Shown: positions 1-9,427 of the stretch, in pieces | Position numbering within the stretch: the stretch's first letter is position 1 | How the letters are laid out: every line of letters begins with the position of its first letter | Notes under the pieces: generated by a model | Told to the model about the DNA's origin: nothing | Seen by the model: the letters and a program-made list of their open reading frames with translations, nothing else | The model's database searches: none | From: a virus | Lineage: Duplodnaviria; Caudoviricetes | Virus record (IMG/VR): IMGVR_UViG_3300020045_005768 | Coordinates: 1-30,321 of that record | Reading direction: 5' to 3' (one strand) | DNA length: 30,321 nt | Translations under genes and position numbers: made by a program

Positions 1-887
1 GAATTATCTCTAACAACACTTTGTATCGTGGCACCGATGGCACACAAAACGCCGGGCAAGGAAATAAAGGCGTAATTGAGATTCGCGGTCGCTCCACAGG
101 TATTGCTGCAAATAAAGTAGTTGTCTCCAACAACGAATGTGGTTCTCTCGGGTATGCCTGTTTCTCCGCGACTTCTGGTAGCACCGACGGCCACATCACT
201 GATCTGATTATCGAACGGAATCACGCCTTTTGCTTTGCAAGTTGTTCAACTGGGGCGTTCGTCTGGATTTACGCAACAGAAACCACCATCAGAAACAATA
301 TTCTTGATTTGTCGAATGCGCCTACAGCATCGACATACGCCATAGGGCTGTTCCAGACGAACGGTGTTGATGATTCAGCGGATAACGTGACTGTTTTTAA
401 CAACACAATATATTCGTCGAACTCCAATGTAAATTTCACAGCGATTCGTGTTGAGGCCGCCGCCACAAACAACACCGCAAAAAACAATTTGGCGTATGCC
501 CCGAATGTGACGGGGACAATACTAATGATAGACAATTCGTCCGGAGCAGAATTGACGGCCAGTAACAACACGGTCAGTGAGTCAGCGGCGAATGGGGTGA
601 GCGATACACCGAATTTCGCCTCTGCTACGCCGGTGACGCCAATAGATTTCGCCATCAGCACAGGGTCATACGGTGCGAATGGTGGGACCACAACAGGGAC
701 TTATCCAGCAGTCACATATGATTTTTTTGGATGTGCAAATATCAGCGGCACACAAATGGGTGCTATCGTCCCTGTCGCCAATCGGGGGACGTGTTTTGAG
801 GCCGCCACAGCAACTTACCTCCCGATCCGCCTTTCATGGGCTGATTTATGGGAAGATTTATTTAGAACACCAGCATTAGCTTTTTAA
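1..887 (+). CDS. Right-handed beta-helix repeat protein, 5'-truncated by window edge
   Basis: Frame open from window start; repeated (I/V)xNNxx beta-helix motifs (RNNIL, NNTIY, KNNLA); C-terminus resembles that of 1619..3850. Confidence 0.75.
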   Translation, partial: IISNNTLYRGTDGTQNAGQGNKGVIEIRGRSTGIAANKVVVSNNECGSLGYACFSATSGSTDGHITDLIIERNHAFCFASCSTGAFVWIYATETTIRNNILDLSNAPTASTYAIGLFQTNGVDDSADNVTVFNNTIYSSNSNVNFTAIRVEAAATNNTAKNNLAYAPNVTGTILMIDNSSGAELTASNNTVSESAANGVSDTPNFASATPVTPIDFAISTGSYGANGGTTTGTYPAVTYDFFGCANISGTQMGAIVPVANRGTCFEAATATYLPIRLSWADLWEDLFRTPALAF

Positions 888-896
888 GGACAGGAT

Positions 897-1619
897 ATGA
901 AACACCTACTTAGTTTAATTTTATTGGCCCTTGCACTGGCGGGAATGCCACAGGCGGGTGCCCAGACCTTCTGGCCAATTAAGCTGGCCCCGCCGGGTTT
1001 TAACCCCGCTGATTATGGTACAGTATGGGCGTGGTATAAAAAGGGGGCAGGTAACACTGTTTCTCAGTGGGATGATAGTTCAGGTAATGGGCGGCACATT
1101 GTCCAGCCTACAGCCGGACTACAACCTACAGTGGCTGGGGGAGGTCTGACCTTTGACGGCACGGATAACGTGTTGATCTCCAACAATCCAGCCGCCCATG
1201 TGGTAACAGCTTCGGTTGCGATTCGTTTCCGACAAGATGGTTGGGCGGGCAATCAGTTAATTTTTGGATTTTCTGCTGCTGGGGATGCGGACATCTGCTC
1301 GTTTTACCAGAACACGTCAACTCCTAACGTCTCTATATACAATGGAACAGCATCTCTCGATGCCAACAACGAGAGAGCTGAAGATAATTTTGATGTAGCA
1401 TTTGTAGTGTATGCGGGGGCTAGTTCTGTATTACGATTTATTGATGGAACAGATGTTACAGGAAACCCTGGGACCATTGACTGTCGTGGATTTACTTTAG
1501 GTGCCTATTCCACCGGATTGTCAGGTTCAGCTGTCACCGTAGAGGAAGTAATCATCTGGTCCACAGTGGTGGACGGGGCGGGGCGGACTGCGGTTATGAC
1601 TTATTTGGATGGACTATAA
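897..1619 (+). CDS. Signal-peptide protein with LamG/concanavalin-A-like jelly-roll domain
   Basis: N-terminal MKHLLSLILLALALAGMPQAGA signal-like; WxDxSGNGRHxxQ motif typical of phage LamG-like domains; SD-like AGGA upstream. Confidence 0.65.
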   Translation: MKHLLSLILLALALAGMPQAGAQTFWPIKLAPPGFNPADYGTVWAWYKKGAGNTVSQWDDSSGNGRHIVQPTAGLQPTVAGGGLTFDGTDNVLISNNPAAHVVTASVAIRFRQDGWAGNQLIFGFSAAGDADICSFYQNTSTPNVSIYNGTASLDANNERAEDNFDVAFVVYAGASSVLRFIDGTDVTGNPGTIDCRGFTLGAYSTGLSGSAVTVEEVIIWSTVVDGAGRTAVMTYLDGL

Positions 1620-3850
1620 TGAAGTTATTTACCACACTATTGTTGCTGATCTTAGCGCTTCCAGCGGTTGCGGCTATTGATCTTTCTGTTGTTGAGGGAC
1701 CGCACCGCGAATGCGACACTACCACGCGCTGCTACGCACCGACACTGGTGGTGTTCAGCGGGGTGGGTGCCGACGATTCCGCCATGTCCGGGACGAATCA
1801 GGAAGTCCGTGATCTTGAATACTCGTGGGTCTCCACTTATGTCCGCTCTGGTGCTGCTAGTCCATGCGGAACTGCCCCGAGCTCTGGCGAGGGCTATTAC
1901 GCTTGCGGCTCTGAGCCGGGAACGAAACCGAAACACCGTGGCACCGGCGCGATATGGTCGCAGGTTTTCGAGGAACCCGGGACTTACACTGTCACACTGA
2001 CGGTCAGAAATGGAACCCCAGCAGAAGATGAAGCTACGCAGTGGACTGTTATCATTAGCGAGTGGACGGATGGCGGAATTACAGCAGCACAAACGATGTG
2101 CTACAACGCTAACTCGTCAGACTTTACCGGCTGCCCTGCTGGTGCGACTCAAATCAATCAGGGAGGAACAGGTAGCTGGCCTACCGCTCTTGGCTACTTC
2201 ACCGGTGGCACATCCTGCGCGTCTGGTACTTTAATCTGCAAGCGGGTGTTGTTGAAAGGTGGGGAGACATTCACCGGAGCTTCAAATACGGTGGTTTCAA
2301 CCTCGGGTCCAGCGATGATCGGCTCATACGGCACCGGTAAGGCCATTATTAAGACCACTGATACGGCAGATTTTAGCAACTTAATTGCGTTTGATAATAC
2401 TGTATCGGATTTACGGTTTGTTGATTTAGAGTTTGATGGTGATGGTGTTGCGGCGACGCAGGTAGCGTCGGCTGCGTTACAACCTACTACGTTATCAAAC
2501 ATATTATTCCTACGCATCCATGCGCATGATGTTGGGAGTGGTATGGTTATAGACCCCGGAACTAATACACTAACTACTGGCTTCGGGCTTGTTGATAGTA
2601 TAGTTCAGCGTATGAATGGTGGAGGCTCGAAGAATAGTGGAACAGGGCTGTTTATTTTGGCGAAGCATATGGCTGTCGTCGGCACTCTTATTGACGATAC
2701 AAGAGGACTACAGATCGCTGGAACATCCTCTGGTTCCACAATTAGTGGGTTATCCACAGTTACCAACCTGCACGTTAATATGTGTGTGCGAGGGACGGGT
2801 GTTGATTCAAACACTTCAATCACAAGCATAGATAGTGGCACCCAAGTAACGCTAAATAAAGCTGTTCTGTCTGGGCAAAGCACCACATTCCGTTTCGGGT
2901 GCCAAGAACATATAGTGCGAACGTATTACCAAGACCGATCAGTGATGTCGAACAGCACATTGCGGGATGTGCAAGATCAAAAGGGGCTGATGGAAATTCG
3001 TGGAATGAACCCTGCGGCTACCGTGTATGGACTTACGGGAGCGGCTTTGGCAACTCGTTTGTTTGTTGTCACGGGAAATAGATTTGATCAATCCACCATG
3101 ACCGGTTCACCGGTGGGGATATATGCTGATGGAGACCCGGATGGCGCCGGTCCTCTCCCAGTTCCTCTGGCCTACATCGAGGACATTATTTTCGAGCGTA
3201 ATTTCTTTACGAACATGAACATAGTAATGGGTGGAAACAGGATTGTCACCAGAAATAACATCGTCAAAGGTCAAGACGCTTTATTTCATTTTCAAACGAG
3301 TGAAGCCCTCGGAGACTTTCCGGCAGCTTCAAATCATGAAGTCTATAACAACACCTTTTATAGTGCCTACGAGGGAGACTTCTATCCAATACGTATGCTT
3401 GGGGGTTCTGGCCATATAGTTAAGAACAACATCGGTTACACTACAAGCACCACGGGGACCCGTGTAATGTTTTATGCCACCACAGGGTCTACAATCAGCC
3501 ACAATACCGATGATGGGGGAACCACCGGTATTGCAGGGACTTCGGTTACGGAGCCCCCACTGTTCGTCAACGCCAGCGGCACGATGACACTGGCGACGGA
3601 TTTCAGGATTGGTGCCGGTAGCCCTTACGACGCAACCGGTACAACTGTCCCTGTGCGTAGTGACTACGATCTTTGTTACCGAAGCACCAACCCGGTGGGC
3701 GCGTTCAATTTGAAGGGGTCTGGCTTGACTTGCTTAAATGCTGCAGCAAGCTACCTCCCGTTCCGATTGTCGTGGGTGGATCTCTGGATAGGTGAAATGA
3801 CCGAGATGCCATGGTTGTTGGCATCAAACGGTCCCCTGTTTTATAAATAA
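1619..3850 (+). CDS. Signal-peptide protein with PKD-like domain and parallel beta-helix repeats
   Basis: Signal peptide MKLFTTLLLLILALPAVAA; PKD-like FEEPGTYTVTLTV; beta-helix repeats (RNNIV, NNTFY, KNNIG); TAATG coupling to upstream gene. Confidence 0.7.
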   Translation: MKLFTTLLLLILALPAVAAIDLSVVEGPHRECDTTTRCYAPTLVVFSGVGADDSAMSGTNQEVRDLEYSWVSTYVRSGAASPCGTAPSSGEGYYACGSEPGTKPKHRGTGAIWSQVFEEPGTYTVTLTVRNGTPAEDEATQWTVIISEWTDGGITAAQTMCYNANSSDFTGCPAGATQINQGGTGSWPTALGYFTGGTSCASGTLICKRVLLKGGETFTGASNTVVSTSGPAMIGSYGTGKAIIKTTDTADFSNLIAFDNTVSDLRFVDLEFDGDGVAATQVASAALQPTTLSNILFLRIHAHDVGSGMVIDPGTNTLTTGFGLVDSIVQRMNGGGSKNSGTGLFILAKHMAVVGTLIDDTRGLQIAGTSSGSTISGLSTVTNLHVNMCVRGTGVDSNTSITSIDSGTQVTLNKAVLSGQSTTFRFGCQEHIVRTYYQDRSVMSNSTLRDVQDQKGLMEIRGMNPAATVYGLTGAALATRLFVVTGNRFDQSTMTGSPVGIYADGDPDGAGPLPVPLAYIEDIIFERNFFTNMNIVMGGNRIVTRNNIVKGQDALFHFQTSEALGDFPAASNHEVYNNTFYSAYEGDFYPIRMLGGSGHIVKNNIGYTTSTTGTRVMFYATTGSTISHNTDDGGTTGIAGTSVTEPPLFVNASGTMTLATDFRIGAGSPYDATGTTVPVRSDYDLCYRSTNPVGAFNLKGSGLTCLNAAASYLPFRLSWVDLWIGEMTEMPWLLASNGPLFYK
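3842..3849 (+). promoter_or_regulatory. T4-type late promoter (TATAAATA) for gp21
   Basis: Exact gp55 consensus 23 nt before gp21 start. Confidence 0.8.
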
Positions 3851-3872
3851 GATAACAGTCATAGGATAACCA

Positions 3873-4526
3873 ATGAAACTAATATGCGAAGTTACAGAAA
3901 GCGTTAAGTACCTCACAGAAGAAAAAGATGGTAAAAAGTCTTACTTCATAGAGGGAGTATTCATGCAGGGCGGTATTCCTAATCGCAATAAGCGATGCTA
4001 TCCAATGGAAACACTCTCACGTGAAGTAAATCGCTACCTCAAAGAGAATGTTGAGAAGAGTCGTGCATATGGTGAGCTAGGTCACCCTGCAGGCCCAACA
4101 ATCAATCTCGAGCGTGTATCACATATGATTAAAAGCCTCACACGTGAAGGCAACGATTATATTGGCAAAGCAAAAGTAATGGATACCCCCTACGGGCAGA
4201 TTGTTAAGAATCTAATTGATGAGGGTGCTTGCCTCGGTGTGTCATCACGCGGTGTTGGTTCCCTCAAGTCAACAAATGAAGGTATCAACGAAGTACAAGA
4301 AGACTTCATGCTTGCCACCCCCGCAGATATTGTAGCAGATCCTTCCGCTCCTGATGCATATGTGCGTGGTATTATGGAGGGAAAAGAGTGGGTTTGGGAC
4401 GGTGGAATTCTTAAAGCAGTACAAGTTGAATCATTCAAGAAAGAGATTGTAAAGGCGTCACGACGTGATCTCGAAGAAACAAAAATCGCTGTGTTTAAGA
4501 AGTTCTTAGACGCACTTTCAAAATAA
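3873..4526 (+). CDS. gp21: Prohead core protease (T4 gp21-like)
   Basis: YFIEGVFMQ...NRNKRCYP, AYGELGHP, GVSSRGVGS, DIVADPSAPDA motifs; upstream of scaffold and capsid. Confidence 0.95.
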   Translation: MKLICEVTESVKYLTEEKDGKKSYFIEGVFMQGGIPNRNKRCYPMETLSREVNRYLKENVEKSRAYGELGHPAGPTINLERVSHMIKSLTREGNDYIGKAKVMDTPYGQIVKNLIDEGACLGVSSRGVGSLKSTNEGINEVQEDFMLATPADIVADPSAPDAYVRGIMEGKEWVWDGGILKAVQVESFKKEIVKASRRDLEETKIAVFKKFLDALSK

Positions 4527-4533
4527 CAGGTTT

Positions 4534-4541
4534 TATAAATA
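4534..4541 (+). promoter_or_regulatory. T4-type late promoter for gp22/gp23
   Basis: Exact TATAAATA followed by SD AAGGAG. Confidence 0.8.
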
Positions 4542-4564
4542 ATGTTACGAATTAAGGAGACACA

Positions 4565-5551
4565 ATGAAACTCACGCAGACAATTAAAGAAGGATTTTCA
4601 GTAGGTGGAGGCGCTTCCGGCGTTTCATCTATTCCTGATCCTATTGATACAGGTGCAACAAAGCGCGCCCAGGACAAAGATGGTGGTGATAAAACTGCTG
4701 CTAAAGTTGCAGATGTAACTCCAGAAAATGGTGGTGGAACAGCCGAAGGTAATCGTGCTTCCGTCGCTGCTAAAGGTAACCCAACTTCTGTAAAGACACA
4801 AGCCATGGAAAATGTAAACAAAATTAAAGAGATGTTCGCTGGTCAGGAGCTTTCAGAAGAGTTCATGGAAAAGGCTTCAGTAGTATTTGAAGCCGCAGTT
4901 AGTGAACTCGTTGCTTCACAGCGTACTGCTCTCGAAGAAGAGTATACCACAAAGCTCGAAGAAGCTGTTAAGACTATCAGGGAAGAAACAGATACACAGC
5001 TTGATGAATACCTCAACTATGTTGTTGAAAAGTGGATGGAAGAAAACAAAGTTGCTATTGAAAGCAGCCTCCGTGGTGAAGTGACTGAATCCTTCATGCA
5101 AGGTCTCCAGAAGTTGTTCGTTGAGCACAATGTTAATATTCCTGAAGATAAGGCTGATATCGTTGAAGAATTGATCAGCAAGGTTGAAGAACTTGAAGGT
5201 AAGCTCAACGAAACAATCAACGAAAATATTGAACTTAAGAAGGTTAAAGAAGCAGTTGACCTTGAATCTGTTGTTGAGGGTCTACAAGCCGATATGACCG
5301 ATACACAGAAAGAAAAGTTTGGTATGTTGATTGAAAATGTTTCCTTCACATCGAAAGAAGATTTCGAGAAGAAAGCAAAGATCATCAAAGAACAATACAT
5401 TGGTGGTACAGCAGATACTAAGAAGGTTGCAACTCTCACAGAAACAGTAGAGAAGAGTGAACCTATCGAAGAAGCTGCAGCAGCGGCCGCCGCACTTGAT
5501 CCAAACATGGCGCGTTACGTGAAGTCAATTGCACGTAACACCATCAAATAA
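4565..5551 (+). CDS. gp22: Prohead core scaffold protein (T4 gp22-like)
   Basis: Acidic coiled-coil; LSEEFxxKAxxxFEAAV and YLNYVVEKWMEENK motifs; position between gp21 and gp23. Confidence 0.9.
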   Translation: MKLTQTIKEGFSVGGGASGVSSIPDPIDTGATKRAQDKDGGDKTAAKVADVTPENGGGTAEGNRASVAAKGNPTSVKTQAMENVNKIKEMFAGQELSEEFMEKASVVFEAAVSELVASQRTALEEEYTTKLEEAVKTIREETDTQLDEYLNYVVEKWMEENKVAIESSLRGEVTESFMQGLQKLFVEHNVNIPEDKADIVEELISKVEELEGKLNETINENIELKKVKEAVDLESVVEGLQADMTDTQKEKFGMLIENVSFTSKEDFEKKAKIIKEQYIGGTADTKKVATLTETVEKSEPIEEAAAAAAALDPNMARYVKSIARNTIK

Positions 5552-5581
5552 TTATAACCAAGCCTCCGAGGAGATTTAAAA

Positions 5582-6904
5582 ATGTCACAAATGTTAAATG
5601 AAGAGCTTCTTAAGAAGTGGGCTCCAGTGCTTATGCACGAAGATCTTGCTCCTATTAAGGACACACACCGCCGTAACGTAACAGCTGTTCTTTTGGAAAA
5701 TACCCAAAAGGCGCTTCGCGAAGCCGGCAACTATGTTCCACAAACACTTACAGAAGCTACACCAGTTAACGCAACAGGTGGTGAAATCGACAATTTCGAT
5801 CCAGTGCTTATCACACTTGTTCGTCGTGCCGCTCCTAACCTAATGGCGTATGACCTCTGCGGCGTTCAGCCAATGACAGGTCCAACAGGTCTTATCTTCG
5901 CAATGCGTTCGCGTTACGCTAACCAGACTTCGACAGAAGCGTTCTACAATGAAGCTAACACAGGTCATTCTTCTGTTCGTACTGCAACAGCTAACAACAA
6001 TGCGCTCGGTCAAGCAAATACTAACCGTGGTACAGTTCCATCAGGCGTAGCCAACGATTACAACTTTGAAGGCTCGATGACCACAGCTGATTCGGAAGCA
6101 TTGGGTGGTAACACAACTCACGTGATTCCAGAAATGGCATTCTCGATCGAAAAAGTTACAGTTACCGCAGGTAGCCGTGCTTTGAAGGCAGAATACACCA
6201 TTGAATTGGCACAGGACTTGAAAGCAATTCACGGTATTGATGCAGAAACAGAACTCAGCAACATCCTTTCGACAGAAATTCTTGCCGAAATCAACCGCGA
6301 AGTTGTTCGTACAATCAACGGTACTGCAGTATTGGGCGCCACAGAAAATACAACAACAGCAGGTACCTTCGACTTGGATACAGATGCAAATGGTCGTTGG
6401 TTGGTTGAAAAGTTCAAGGGTCTTATGTTCCAGATCGAACGTGAAGCTAACAAGATTGCAAAAGACACCCGTCGTGGTAAGGGTAACATCCTCGTTTGCT
6501 CGTCTGACGTTGCTTCGGCACTTCAGATGGCCGGCGTATTGGATTACACACCTGCCCTTGCTGGTAACAACCTTCAGGTTGATGACACAGGTCAGACATT
6601 CGTTGGTGTTCTCAACGGTCGTATCCGTGTTTACATCGACCCATATGTATCCGGTGGTCACTACATGACAGTTGGTTACAAAGGTTCGAACGCGTTTGAC
6701 GCAGGTCTTTTCTACTGCCCATACGTACCGCTCCAAATGGTTCGTGCAGTTGATCCATCGAGCTTCCAGCCTAAGATTGGTTTCAAGACACGTTACGGAA
6801 TGGTTGCAAATCCATTCGCAGAAGGTACAACAGCAGGTCTTGGTGTAATCACAGCCAACACCAACTTGTACTACCGTCGCGTAAGCATCACAAACTTGAT
6901 GTAA
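5582..6904 (+). CDS. gp23: Major capsid protein (T4 gp23-like)
   Basis: KWAPVL, CGVQPMTGPTGLIFAMR, SRALKAEYTIELAQDLKAIHG, FQPKIGFKTRYG. Confidence 0.98.
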   Translation: MSQMLNEELLKKWAPVLMHEDLAPIKDTHRRNVTAVLLENTQKALREAGNYVPQTLTEATPVNATGGEIDNFDPVLITLVRRAAPNLMAYDLCGVQPMTGPTGLIFAMRSRYANQTSTEAFYNEANTGHSSVRTATANNNALGQANTNRGTVPSGVANDYNFEGSMTTADSEALGGNTTHVIPEMAFSIEKVTVTAGSRALKAEYTIELAQDLKAIHGIDAETELSNILSTEILAEINREVVRTINGTAVLGATENTTTAGTFDLDTDANGRWLVEKFKGLMFQIEREANKIAKDTRRGKGNILVCSSDVASALQMAGVLDYTPALAGNNLQVDDTGQTFVGVLNGRIRVYIDPYVSGGHYMTVGYKGSNAFDAGLFYCPYVPLQMVRAVDPSSFQPKIGFKTRYGMVANPFAEGTTAGLGVITANTNLYYRRVSITNLM

Positions 6905-6931
6905 TCAAAAATATAATAGCGTCAGGTACTC

Positions 6932-6959
6932 AGAGAGGAGCTTTCGCTCCTCTCTTTTT
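6932..6959 (+). terminator. Rho-independent terminator after gp23
   Basis: AGAGAGGAGC-TTTC-GCTCCTCTCT stem followed by T run. Confidence 0.85.
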
Positions 6960-6969
6960 GTGCCTAATT

Positions 6970-7320
6970 TCAGAATCTGCGTTCGAGTCTCAGACCTAAT
7001 GCTTTCTGCTCTTCAACTATCTCGAAAGCTCGCTCTTTCATCTCAGGGTAAGAACTGAGTACATTCCAAGCTTCATCAGCTTTCTTCATGTAGTACTCAT
7101 AGATATTGTGAACATGATGATTACAACCAGCAAGTACTGCTCGCTGATCTTCATTGATACACGGTAACGACACAATTGATTTCTGTGCGTGTCGCGCTTT
7201 GACCAACGAATTCTCATACTGTGCCACCATATCAGTAAGAAAACCTAGCCCAACTCGACGTTGTTCTTCCGTCATCGAGACGAACCAGGTGTTCTTTTTG
7301 AATATTTTACTAAGTTCCAT
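6970..7320 (-). CDS. Hypothetical protein
   Basis: ORF in tightly packed minus-strand block; start chosen at MELSK. Confidence 0.6.
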   Translation of the reverse strand: MELSKIFKKNTWFVSMTEEQRRVGLGFLTDMVAQYENSLVKARHAQKSIVSLPCINEDQRAVLAGCNHHVHNIYEYYMKKADEAWNVLSSYPEMKERAFEIVEEQKALGLRLERRF

Positions 7321-7322
7321 GA

Positions 7323-7517
7323 TTAACCTTTCTTCAGACAAGCTTCACAAGTAGCAACACCTGAGAAGTCATTGGTTAAGATGAAGTACTTCTCATCGAT
7401 ATTCAGACCACAGAAAGTGACACCTGCATCACTCGAGTAGTGTGTACGTTTCGCAAAACTCTGATTGCGCCGCTGAATCGCGACCGTGTAAAGCTTTGCA
7501 TTTGGATGTGTTTTCAT
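7323..7517 (-). CDS. Small Cys/His-containing hypothetical protein
   Basis: MKTHPNAK... with H, TFCG, CxxC; ATGA overlap with upstream gene. Confidence 0.55.
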   Translation of the reverse strand: MKTHPNAKLYTVAIQRRNQSFAKRTHYSSDAGVTFCGLNIDEKYFILTNDFSGVATCEACLKKG

Positions 7518-7942
7518 GATACCACCTGTGAATGTTTGCGTACTTCTTTCCACCAATCAACTGAGCACGGACACGCGCTTCCACCGAGACCGTCGAGATT
7601 GCCCTCATACTCCATGATGCTCTTCTCATACTCCGTCAACTCACCAGGATTAAGAAGCGCCCAATCAACCATGTGTGAACGGAAACCTTCGCCATCTTGT
7701 TCAATAGCGGGCTGCGCTTCACGAACAATCTTCAGAAGATACTCGTGGCCGCGTTGTGCATCCGCGAGTGTAAGTTCTTTGGCGCACCAAGTAGACCCAC
7801 CCTTCATCTTCCAGTAGGCCTTTTCACTTACACCCAGATTACCATCATCGTCCCAAGCATAGTTCTCTTGGTCTTGGCAGATGATGATAAGGCGAAACTT
7901 ATCAGAAGGCTTGATATACTTCGGGAGGTCTGTGTGTGCCAT
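7514..7942 (-). CDS. Hypothetical phage protein
   Basis: 142 aa; QxxENY...YWKMKGG pattern; packed in operon. Confidence 0.7.
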   Translation of the reverse strand: MAHTDLPKYIKPSDKFRLIIICQDQENYAWDDDGNLGVSEKAYWKMKGGSTWCAKELTLADAQRGHEYLLKIVREAQPAIEQDGEGFRSHMVDWALLNPGELTEYEKSIMEYEGNLDGLGGSACPCSVDWWKEVRKHSQVVS

Positions 7943-7945
7943 GGT

Positions 7946-8152
7946 TTATCCAATAATGTGAAAGTGGAAGTGTACACCGTGTTGCATGGCAACTTCACCG
8001 AGGAAAGCCGGGAAGTAGCGATTGTCTTCGGTCTTGATAACCAGATAGCGCAGATTCGTGTTACCAAACTTCTTCTCTACGGCCTTGATAGCATTTGCTT
8101 CAGTCGCGTAAGTTTTGTTTGCTTCAAGTTTCACGAGTCTGGCCATTTTCAT
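7946..8152 (-). CDS. Small hypothetical early protein
   Basis: SD AGGAG and sigma70-like promoter directly upstream. Confidence 0.65.
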   Translation of the reverse strand: MKMARLVKLEANKTYATEANAIKAVEKKFGNTNLRYLVIKTEDNRYFPAFLGEVAMQHGVHFHFHIIG

Positions 8153-8160
8153 CTCCTAAT

Positions 8161-8218
8161 TAATTTAACCCCACAATTAATTATATGAAAACGTAGATAT
8201 TAGGGCAACCCTTATTTT
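8161..8218 (-). repeat. Early promoter cassette, copy 1 (TTGCCC-N17-TATAAT on minus strand)
   Basis: 58-bp similar to 8490..8547; -35 at 8203-8208, -10 at 8180-8185. Confidence 0.8.
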
Positions 8219-8475
8219 TTGATAATTTGCGGCGCGCGACCAAAAGTTCTGACTCTACTCGTCTTTATAGTCGCCGGAATCTTAACTACTTTGAATGTAC
8301 TTGCGCAAGTCAACCGCGCGGCATATGATAATGCAATTTCTTGTGAAGCGAAGGCAAAGATTGCTTCACCAAAAATATTGTGTGCAAAAGGGCCACAACC
8401 AGCAGAGTTATTCTTAATGCTGTAGACAAACCCTTGGCGCGGTCCATTATCTTTCAAAGCGAATACGTAATCCAT
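8212..8475 (-). CDS. Hypothetical early protein
   Basis: 87 aa between the two promoter cassettes; SD GAGGG. Confidence 0.6.
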   Translation of the reverse strand: MDYVFALKDNGPRQGFVYSIKNNSAGCGPFAHNIFGEAIFAFASQEIALSYAARLTCASTFKVVKIPATIKTSRVRTFGRAPQIIKK

Positions 8476-8489
8476 GATTTATCCCTCTC

Positions 8490-8547
8490 TAATTTAACAC
8501 CACAACTAATTATATAGTGCCTACTAGATTAGGGCAACCCTTATTTT
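8490..8547 (-). repeat. Early promoter cassette, copy 2
   Basis: -35 at 8532-8537, -10 at 8509-8514; flanks conserved with copy 1, spacer diverged. Confidence 0.8.
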
Positions 8548-8843
8548 GTAACTAAATCGGTTGCTTTATGAATAAACGATCTGAAGGATTTTACGATTGG
8601 ATTCTTGATTGTGCTAGCAATCTTGCGGCCAACATTGGGTATTGGTTTTCGCTTGAAATGTCGCTTGAGCTTCTGACGAAGCGTCTCTGATTTCCTCTTC
8701 TTCGCAAGAGCGACCTTCCTACGAAGCAACTGTAAGCGATGAGCTCGCTTGAGGTGTGGGTGCTTATCACGCGCGTTCTTAATCGCTCGATCCTTAGCGG
8801 TCTTGATGACAAATGAAGCGAGTGATTTCTTTTCTGTGAGCAT
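8541..8843 (-). CDS. Very basic (K/R-rich) hypothetical protein
   Basis: 100-aa ORF filling the gap; no clear SD. Confidence 0.45.
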   Translation of the reverse strand: MLTEKKSLASFVIKTAKDRAIKNARDKHPHLKRAHRLQLLRRKVALAKKRKSETLRQKLKRHFKRKPIPNVGRKIASTIKNPIVKSFRSFIHKATDLVTK

Positions 8844-8850
8844 ATAAATA
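8843..8850 (+). promoter_or_regulatory. T4-type late promoter for gp3
   Basis: Exact TATAAATA, then SD GAGGA. Confidence 0.8.
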
Positions 8851-8869
8851 CGTGATTAGAGGATAAATT

Positions 8870-9379
8870 ATGACTGCAATTAGTAATCAACCAACAAACT
8901 ACAATTATCTATCATCAGTACATTTTCAAGTACTGATACATAGAGCACCAAACTTCAACTTCTTCGTGCAATCTGTTACTCTACCTGGAATGCAGCTTCC
9001 ACGTGCAGACGTTGGTACACCTTTCATCAATATGCCGATTCCTGGTGATCGTATTATTTATGAAGATCTGACTTTCAGATACAAAATAGATGAAAAACTT
9101 GCATCCTACAACGAGTTTCTCACATGGTTCAAGGGTGTTGGTTTCCCCGTTAATTTTGAACAATATGCTGATTATGTAGATGGACAGAGAATCACATCGG
9201 ATATCTCAGTGATTATCCATAATTCATCGAGACTTCCGCAGGTAACATACACTTACAAGGATTGCTGGCCTACATCAATGTCTTCAATCGATCTTAGCAG
9301 TACAGCCAGTGATACTGAGTACATCGATTCATCAGTTACTTTCGCATTCACAGACTTTGAAATAGCAGTTTCTACTTGA
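8870..9379 (+). CDS. gp3: Tail tube terminator/tail completion protein (T4 gp3-like)
   Basis: NYLSxxxF...FFVQSVTLPG...PGD..YEDLxFxxxIDE, CWPTSMS; synteny before uvsY. Confidence 0.8.
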   Translation: MTAISNQPTNYNYLSSVHFQVLIHRAPNFNFFVQSVTLPGMQLPRADVGTPFINMPIPGDRIIYEDLTFRYKIDEKLASYNEFLTWFKGVGFPVNFEQYADYVDGQRITSDISVIIHNSSRLPQVTYTYKDCWPTSMSSIDLSSTASDTEYIDSSVTFAFTDFEIAVST

Positions 9380-9404
9380 TTTAATTGTAGTTTTATACTA
9401 TAAT
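9376..9404 (+). promoter_or_regulatory. Sigma70-like early/middle promoter TTGATT-N17-TATAAT
   Basis: Exact 17-nt spacing; TAAT directly after -35 as in other copies. Confidence 0.7.
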
Positions 9405-9427
9405 TGTCATTGTGAATGGGGGTGCGA

